Below the pieces are notes generated by a model. That model worked only from the letters and a program-made list of their open reading frames with translations. It was not told the origin of the DNA and did no database searches. A DNA stretch of 32,000 bases from Promethearchaeota archaeon (GTDB lineage Archaea; Asgardarchaeota; Lokiarchaeia; Sigyniarchaeales; Promethearchaeaceae), in the NCBI GenBank assembly GCA_016933055.1, contig JAFGBS010000004.1, positions 360,001 through 392,000 of the forward strand, in the 5' to 3' direction. Numbering within the stretch: the first letter of the stretch is position 1; every line of letters begins with the position of its first letter. This document shows positions 26,101 to 32,000 of the stretch, in pieces. Both the position numbers and the translations under genes were made by a program.

Positions 26101-27762
26101 TTATTTTTTCTTCTTCTTGTCCATCACTTCTTTTTTTCTGGCCTCCAATGAATGTCTATATCTCGCTTGTCCTCCACTAAAAAAAGCTCCTTTTGTTTCC
26201 CCAACATTTTGACTTCTTTTAATAATCTCTTTCCATTCCTCCTCTTCTGAATCAATTAATTCACTTGCAGAAGATAGGTTTTGCGTTCCCACGTAGTAAT
26301 CACTCGCTAATGTTTTCCGCATCTTCGCTAATTTCTTCTTAGCTTCCTCCATTTGAAATTGCTGTACTAATTTATTCGCTTTTTGGAGTTCTAAATTCGT
26401 GATTAATTCACTGTCGTAATAGTCCTTGAATTCAGAGACATCATCTGTGATTTCATAAGTTGAATGGAGCAGACGTGTCTTCTTGACATCATTTCTATCC
26501 AAATAATCTAACTGAATTTGGACATCGGCTTTTTTCTGAGTAGTAGATTTTGTTTTATGGAATTTCAGATACAATTCTCGGTTTGGATCCAGCGCTCCAA
26601 GGCTAATGGGAACACCTGATTTTTTGGGTATATTTTGCACATAAATACCTTCAATTTCTTCTAGTTCTAAGAAATCGGGATAAAATACTCTGAGGATCGC
26701 ATTTCGAGCAATATAATTCTTACTTTCTAAATGTTTAAAGGTGCTTTCGATGAGATCTTTTGAGATCAGAGACACCTCTCCTCCCGTAATATCCGTGATT
26801 TTTCCAATCAAATCAAGTGCCATTTGGCTGCTACCGTCATCCACACCGATTAAATCCATAATCACCCCTTTCTGGCGTGCTCTATTTGCTAGATTAGAAT
26901 AAAATTCTTCTGCCTTGGACTTGTTGCCACCCTCTATCATTCCCATGCCAACATTTGCCAACCCATCAGTAAGCAAAATAAGTCTCGCACTTTTCTTACC
27001 CCGTTTCAAGATCTTTCGTTCTGTTAAGATTTGACCACAAAATAATGCCGGTCCCAATGCAGTATAATGAAGAGGAGTTAGTTGTTCAATTTTGCGAATC
27101 CACTCGTCTCCAAATTCCGATACTGGACCAACATGAGCATTTTCAAGTTCTTTAATCAAGAAATTTTCCAGATTTGCTTCAGAAAAAATATGCTCTTCTT
27201 TCCGGATTTCTAGATGCTCATGGGGAGTTGAATAGATTGATACCTCACTGGTAAATGTGATCAACACGAAAACACTGGAAGGGTTATTTACTTTCAAATT
27301 TTTGATCGTCTGGATTAACGAATGCTTTACTGCTTCTAATTTTCCCCGGAACATGGAACCTGAAACATCGATTATAGCAATCAAAGCTTCACCCCGATCT
27401 TTCTTTATTTCACTGTCCTCTTCTGTTTTTGCTGTAGGTTCTTGAATCTCTTTGAATAATATGTGTAAATCTTCGGATTTTCCCTCAGTCTTTTCTTTTT
27501 CTTCTAAAACTTCCATATTGGTAATTTCATACTTATTATCATTACCGCAAAACTCACAATTCCATGAAATAGAATTTCCCATTTTCTTAAGGCTACTCGT
27601 ATCAGAGACTATAGCTCCACAAAATGCGCAAATAATTGGAATGAACGATTTTTCCTCGACATCTTGCTCTAATTTTTCCATATTTAAAGCTAATATTAAT
27701 GGAAGATCTTCTACTTCAGAAGTTTTTTTCCCGATAATTTTTTTGAATCCTTTACGTAACAT
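26101..27762 (-). CDS. Sec23/Sec24-type zinc finger plus vWA domain protein (CPRas1-like module, no Ras domain)
   Basis: Probable start is the Met at 27762 (the track ORF extends into the upstream gene). PIICAFCGA-x17-WNCEFCGNDN zinc finger; MIDAS DVSGS...TALGPAL...LLTDGLANVG; beta-rich segment; helical C-terminus. Confidence 0.8.
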   Translation of the reverse strand: MLRKGFKKIIGKKTSEVEDLPLILALNMEKLEQDVEEKSFIPIICAFCGAIVSDTSSLKKMGNSISWNCEFCGNDNKYEITNMEVLEEKEKTEGKSEDLHILFKEIQEPTAKTEEDSEIKKDRGEALIAIIDVSGSMFRGKLEAVKHSLIQTIKNLKVNNPSSVFVLITFTSEVSIYSTPHEHLEIRKEEHIFSEANLENFLIKELENAHVGPVSEFGDEWIRKIEQLTPLHYTALGPALFCGQILTERKILKRGKKSARLILLTDGLANVGMGMIEGGNKSKAEEFYSNLANRARQKGVIMDLIGVDDGSSQMALDLIGKITDITGGEVSLISKDLIESTFKHLESKNYIARNAILRVFYPDFLELEEIEGIYVQNIPKKSGVPISLGALDPNRELYLKFHKTKSTTQKKADVQIQLDYLDRNDVKKTRLLHSTYEITDDVSEFKDYYDSELITNLELQKANKLVQQFQMEEAKKKLAKMRKTLASDYYVGTQNLSSASELIDSEEEEWKEIIKRSQNVGETKGAFFSGGQARYRHSLEARKKEVMDKKKKK

Positions 27763-27794
27763 CGGATAAAATATGAAAAGGGGATTATTTAATA

Positions 27795-28199
27795 TTAATC
27801 CCAATTGACAATGGGTCTTCCAAACGAATCCTTGAACGATCCCGTTAAGATAACAATTAAATCGATGAGCAACCCAATTCCGAATAATCCCCCGGTTACT
27901 AACCACAGGATACCCATCCCAATTCGTCCCACATAAAAGTAATGCACCCCTAATGCTCCGAAGAATACCCACAACAATAATGTAATTAATCTGGATTTCG
28001 GGGAGATAGGATAGTTAGAAGAATCAGATTGTCTATATTCCGGTCTATGAACGTTGACTTTAATTGTTGAGGAATAATGACCTGAAGAAGACTGATCGGA
28101 ATACGTCTGTTCAGCATCGGTGTAGAGAATTTTGGTTCCACAATACTCGCAAAATTTTGATCGTTCATCTAATTTTGCACCACAACTTGCACAATACAT
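27795..28199 (-). CDS. Double zinc-ribbon plus TM2 domain protein
   Basis: Probable start MYCASCGAKLDERSKFCEYCG (ATG at 28199); TM2 motif KSRLITLLLWVFFGALGVHYFYVGRIGMGILWLVTGGLFGIGLLIDLIVILTGSFKD. Confidence 0.9.
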   Translation of the reverse strand: MYCASCGAKLDERSKFCEYCGTKILYTDAEQTYSDQSSSGHYSSTIKVNVHRPEYRQSDSSNYPISPKSRLITLLLWVFFGALGVHYFYVGRIGMGILWLVTGGLFGIGLLIDLIVILTGSFKDSFGRPIVNWD

Positions 28200-28491
28200 G
28201 ATAATTATATTAAGGATCGTTAATCTAAAGAACGATCGGGGGTCCATTTTTTATCCGACCTAATTTTTGATGTTTTTATGGTTTTTTTTTGAAGTGTTAT
28301 TGCGTATAATAATCATCATATAAAAATTCACAATTTTGAGCAGTAATATGCAATAAGCAATTTCAAACAAAAATTGGATTGAAAATTCAACCTATCAAAT
28401 ATATTAGTAAAGAAATATAGAATCGGGATGACATGATTCTAAATTATCTTTTAATATGGCAATATTCCCCTCTCTAATAATGACCTAGTAG

Positions 28492-29115
28492 TTACGGACC
28501 AATTTTGCCATTTGGAAGAAGGTGACCTAAAAGTGCACCTAGCGAACCTTGGAGGATTCCAAAAGGCATTAAAAACCATGCATAGGTAAGATAATTGGTA
28601 TCGGCGGGAATGGGATTATAAAACCAGTTTAAGGGGATTATGCTCAATCCTAATAATGCCGCAGAAAATAACAATCCCGAAAGAAAAACAGCACGCTTTC
28701 TCTTCTTCATAATCTTTACAAGGAACATTGAGAGGTCTGCAACTAGACCATATAAAATGTAGATGACGCCCCACCCAATTGCACCCCATATCGATTTAAG
28801 TGCGGGGGTCACAAGATATTCTAACCAATACTCAATCGGGATCCCAATCAACCCCATTAATCCAAATACGATGGTTCCGAGCCATTTTATTTGTAGTTTC
28901 TCATAAAAGAAATATAAAACAATACTAAAGAAAAATACCGCAAAATACATGTATCCATAGCCTATTTTAAGATCAAATAGTACAACATCAAATAGGTAGC
29001 TGAATCCGCCATTGATTGATGAAAGTAAAAGAAAACATAAGAAAATCCACGCTAATATCGACCATGACGGATTTTTTTGGGAAATTGGATTATTTGCTTT
29101 TTGCATCTTAAACAT
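28492..29115 (-). CDS. Hypothetical multi-pass membrane protein (about 6 TM)
   Basis: Almost entirely hydrophobic helices; start probably ATG 29115 or 29106 rather than the track start 29163; no family recognised. Confidence 0.7.
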   Translation of the reverse strand: MFKMQKANNPISQKNPSWSILAWIFLCFLLLSSINGGFSYLFDVVLFDLKIGYGYMYFAVFFFSIVLYFFYEKLQIKWLGTIVFGLMGLIGIPIEYWLEYLVTPALKSIWGAIGWGVIYILYGLVADLSMFLVKIMKKRKRAVFLSGLLFSAALLGLSIIPLNWFYNPIPADTNYLTYAWFLMPFGILQGSLGALLGHLLPNGKIGP

Positions 29116-29399
29116 TATTTCGCAATAGAATTTATATAATCTCTGTAGTCTGGAAGTGAGCAATTATTGGACATACCAGATAATAAATATACAACAACCT
29201 CAATCCTACACTCCCACCAAAGCACATACTACTTTAAAACTCTACTCATAAAATAACTGAATGGGTTTGAATTCATTTAGGTGGACTTGAACCCTACAAT
29301 TGGCTCTTAGGGGCAACTCATTGGGTATCCATAGGGAAATTGTATGATTATCTCACTAACGTGCAATATACACCTGGAATACGATTATATCAGAAAAAA

Positions 29400-29430
29400 A
29401 TGAATGAAAATACCCTAACGGCTAGTTAGG
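29400..29430 (-). terminator. Possible terminator downstream of the DedA-like gene
   Basis: CCTAAC (29414-29419) / GTTAGG (29425-29430) hairpin followed on the minus strand by T-rich sequence, about 35 nt after the stop at 29466. Confidence 0.25.
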
Positions 29431-29465
29431 TGTCGGGATATGGTGATTAACGAAAAAAACTTAAA

Positions 29466-30869
29466 TTATCGTTTAATGTTTTTTTCAAAATGCTTTTCGA
29501 AGAAATTTTGCACCCGTCTGGCTTCATCCCGCTCTCCTGCCTGGTGGTAAATTATCATCGATTTGTTAAAGATTTGTCCAGCGTCTTGCTTGTGACCGAG
29601 TTTATAATAGCAGTGACCCAACCCCTCAAGCATGTGGGCAATCATATCGGCATCTTTTGATTTGAAAACGTCTTTTAAGACCAAACGATAAGATTTTGCT
29701 AAGCGGAGCCACAATCTGTCGTCAGGTTGAGCATCGGGATAGTGAATTTCCACATCATCCATTTCTTCGGGGATCGCCCGTTCCAAAATAAGTTGACTCA
29801 TCACTTGAATGGTCTCCTTAAGCAAGATTTTTCCTTCCTTGTCCGTTTGTATAAAGAGTCCCATGATTTGGTGGGCTTCGGGGGGAATCTCTCCAGAGAG
29901 AATGGCTTCCATGGTGTACTGACTAAAACCATACTCTTCTAAATGCCCTCCTTCTTCGAGTTCGGCGATTTCGTTCTGTACTCGTTTCCACTTGAGGTAT
30001 TTTGCTAGCCAGAATTTGTAGATCAAAAACATAAGAATCAGGACGACAGCCGCGCAGAGGATCAAAGTGTTGAATTGGGCAGAACCGGTTTTAATAAACT
30101 CATCCAATAACTCAGGGTCACTTAACACCTCAATGATAGGACGATCTTCGGAATTCATTTTCGACCCAATGAATGTGAAGAATAAACTCCGGGGAATGGA
30201 TCCGATCAAGGTAGTGAGGTAGTAGTCGCGTCTTTTGATCCCAAGAAACCCGGCTGCAAAAGAGATATGATCGAAGGGGATTGCTGGAATTGCACGGCTG
30301 ATAAGTAGGGTGGGATTGCCATATTTATACATATAATAGTCAACGACATATAAGTCGTCTCCAATAAATTTCTCTGCGACCGGTTTGCCTCCCCGAATAC
30401 CGATTTCATAACATAAAGCAGCGGTGAGTAACAACCCTGCTATTGCCATTCCAGTGCCGATCCACAGCCCCCACAGTAACCCGCAAGCAAGTAGCATGAG
30501 TTCCGAAGGGAGGGGGGCTATAACTCCTTGAAGTGCCATGAAAATAAAAAAAAGGACGATTCCCCATCCCCCGAGCGTTACAATCGGCCGGATAAAATAT
30601 TTCAGAACCAATCCGAACATCCAGCTAGAATCCTGCACGAGTTTGATAGTTAAAACTACAGTAAGTAAGATGATAAAAACTATTAACCCAAACCAGAACC
30701 ATGTCTTTAGATCAAGACCTGTAAATGCCTTTTTGAACCGAATTTTAATCGGGATTTTTACTTTAGCGACTCTAGGTTTCGCATATTCATCGATGTGTGC
30801 ATCCATTTCTGACTCTTCATCGGTATAGGCAGTAGGCTGATTATCTTGTTTCTCCGAGTCAGAAATCAT
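29466..30869 (-). CDS. TVP38/TMEM64 (DedA/VTT) family membrane protein fused to a C-terminal soluble helical/TPR-like domain
   Basis: LQGVIAPLPSELMLLACGLLWG...LLISRAIPAIPFDHISFAAG...YYLTTLIGSIP is the VTT/DedA core; about 150 extra C-terminal aa end in LEGLGHCYYKLGHKQDAGQIFNKSMIIY (TPR-like). Start probably ATG 30869 or 30806. Confidence 0.85.
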   Translation of the reverse strand: MISDSEKQDNQPTAYTDEESEMDAHIDEYAKPRVAKVKIPIKIRFKKAFTGLDLKTWFWFGLIVFIILLTVVLTIKLVQDSSWMFGLVLKYFIRPIVTLGGWGIVLFFIFMALQGVIAPLPSELMLLACGLLWGLWIGTGMAIAGLLLTAALCYEIGIRGGKPVAEKFIGDDLYVVDYYMYKYGNPTLLISRAIPAIPFDHISFAAGFLGIKRRDYYLTTLIGSIPRSLFFTFIGSKMNSEDRPIIEVLSDPELLDEFIKTGSAQFNTLILCAAVVLILMFLIYKFWLAKYLKWKRVQNEIAELEEGGHLEEYGFSQYTMEAILSGEIPPEAHQIMGLFIQTDKEGKILLKETIQVMSQLILERAIPEEMDDVEIHYPDAQPDDRLWLRLAKSYRLVLKDVFKSKDADMIAHMLEGLGHCYYKLGHKQDAGQIFNKSMIIYHQAGERDEARRVQNFFEKHFEKNIKR

Positions 30870-31302
30870 CTTTCTATATATACAACAAAAGCGAAATTTA
30901 TGAATCTTTTGTGCAGGCAGTCGATATTTAACCATTTTTTTATGTAATCAACATATAATCGGGTATTTCCGAATAATATCTTAGCCCATTTACTTAACAC
31001 CACCATAAAACAACGTGATACATATAAATCGGAATCAAACTGTGATTTTACATTAGGATGGATAGGTAACACGATTGCTAACACATCTTGATTCGTTTAA
31101 ATACCCCGAGCAAATGTTAATAGTAGAAGTCCTCGGTATGGGAACGTAATCCAATTGGAAGATCCAAAGCCGAATACGTAGTATGATCTACATTCATCAA
31201 TTCACGGATAGCCAAATTGACAGAAGTTCGTACGAGATGCCTCATGATCACTTAAGGTAATATTTTTGGGTATCACGGGATGAATTTTGACACAATAATT
31301 GA

Positions 31303-31652
31303 ATGTCCAATAATCCTAAAAACGAGTCCAACCACAATGGTGAAGTATACATTCAAGATATAGTAGAAGTTTGTAATTCTATTATGGAATATACGAAGGG
31401 ATACGATTTAAAGAAATTTTAGGATGATAAGAGGACGGTAGATGCAGTGATTCGCAATCTTGAAATTATAGGAGAGGCAGCAAAGAAGATTCCTCAAGGT
31501 ATTCGTGAGAAAAATATCTTTTTAAATTGTAGGAGTAGGTAGGTATGCGAGATAAGTTAATTCATGAATATTTTGGAGTGAATCTAGAAATAATATGGAT
31601 GACTATTGAAAAAGAAATTCCAAAATTAATGAAAAATCTTCAGCATCAATAA
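31303..31652 (+). pseudogene. HepT / DUF86 HEPN ribonuclease toxin pseudogene
   Basis: ATG 31303 frame reads MSNNPKNE...YIQDIVEVCNSIMEYTKGYDLKKF*DDKRTVDAVIRNLEIIGEAAKKIP with an in-frame TAG at 31420-31422. After a frameshift near 31520-31540 another frame reads VGMRDKLIHEYFGVNLEIIWMTIEKEIPKL...* (RxxxxH motif), stop at 31650-31652. Confidence 0.9.
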
Positions 31653-31808
31653 TTAGGTATTTAAATAGCAGATTTCTTTCGCTGTTTTTCCGCTGATAGT
31701 GAGACCCATTGAAAACATTAACCCATAGCTATTTTGGTGAATTCAACTAACTATACTTAACTCACGGGGATGTGAACGCCCCGCACGAAACAAAAAAAGT
31801 GAAAAACT

Positions 31809-32000
31809 ATGGAAGCTGCAAAAACCTCTGCTCTGGAGGAGTTCCAACATGTCGATGTGAGTCCCGTAAGAAATGTTGCACAGGATGTCTTAACGGAAGT
31901 CTCCCGAGTAATCGTGGGCTACGGGGATATCTTACAAAACATGTTTATATCGTTGCTCGTGAATGGGCACATATATTTAGAGGGAGTTCCTGGACTTGCG
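31809..32000 (+). CDS. moxR: MoxR-family AAA+ ATPase (N-terminal part; runs off the window edge)
   Basis: Not in the ORF track. ATG 31809 gives MEAAKTSALEEFQHVDVSPVRNVAQDVLTEVSRVIVGYGDILQNMFISLLVNGHIYLEGVPGLA, the MoxR pattern VIVG...L..GH..LEGVPGL(AKT). Confidence 0.9.
   Translation, partial: MEAAKTSALEEFQHVDVSPVRNVAQDVLTEVSRVIVGYGDILQNMFISLLVNGHIYLEGVPGLA

Noticed and set aside
27763-27972. 70-aa N-terminal extension of the vWA ORF in the track
   Set aside because: It overlaps the TM2 gene in another frame on the same strand; Met at 27762 gives a 32-nt intergenic gap and a sensible start.
29283-29293. GGACTTGAACC, whose reverse complement GGTTCAAGTCC looks like a tRNA T-loop/B-box
   Set aside because: The T-stem pairs for only 2 bp, and no acceptor, D or anticodon arm can be folded from the flanks.
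848-30828. Numerous short track ORFs antisense to or nested in the called genes (for example 939..1148, 2144..2380, 7743..7985, 14643..14954, 22380..22757, 27452..27769)
   Set aside because: Shadow frames of well-supported genes with no independent motifs.
30866-31084. 72-aa minus-strand ORF and the 22-aa extension of the DedA ORF
   Set aside because: No recognisable motif; AT-rich sequence that probably contains the DedA promoter; cannot be supported.
31420-31422. In-frame TAG in the HEPN gene as possible pyrrolysine or recoded stop
   Set aside because: The same gene also has a frameshift, and TAG serves as a normal stop elsewhere in the window (for example tmk at 899-901); decay is the simpler explanation.
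1-32000. CRISPR arrays, rRNA, transposases or integrases
   Set aside because: No regularly spaced repeats, rRNA-like sequence or DDE/tyrosine-recombinase motifs were seen on either strand.

Overview
AT-rich prokaryotic window, most likely from an Asgard archaeon (Lokiarchaeia/Promethearchaeota-like). That assignment is an inference from the Thermoproteus-type GAPN, an archaeal AGGTGA ribosome-binding site, many N-glycosylation-sequon-rich surface proteins and a Sec23/CPRas-like Zn-finger-vWA protein. Left: a partial cyclophilin, a small membrane protein, a 12-Cys zinc-finger gene coupled to tmk (whose P-loop Lys is replaced by Ser), then a four-gene + strand envelope cluster (1792-9885). The cluster encodes a 1235-aa transglutaminase-like protein that has lost its catalytic triad and carries tandem Ig-like repeats, an Ig-like/TM/DUF4129-like protein, a stand-alone copy of that DUF4129-like domain, and a multi-TM DUF4350/GIFT-like protein. 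Middle (9.9-31.7 kb): accessory metabolic and membrane genes, namely an aldo/keto reductase, ferredoxin, a flavodoxin-like protein, an amidohydrolase, a CocE/NonD hydrolase, an ABC-2 exporter, gapN, kynU, two paralogous glycoproteins, a collagen/beta-helix surface protein, a zinc-ribbon-TM2 protein, a Zn-finger-vWA protein, a DedA/TVP38-TPR-like fusion and a HepT/DUF86 pseudogene. Right edge: the start of a MoxR AAA+ ATPase, the usual partner of the left-hand cluster but about 22 kb away. No rRNA, tRNA, CRISPR array or transposase was found. All family assignments come from motif recognition by eye; no database searches were run.
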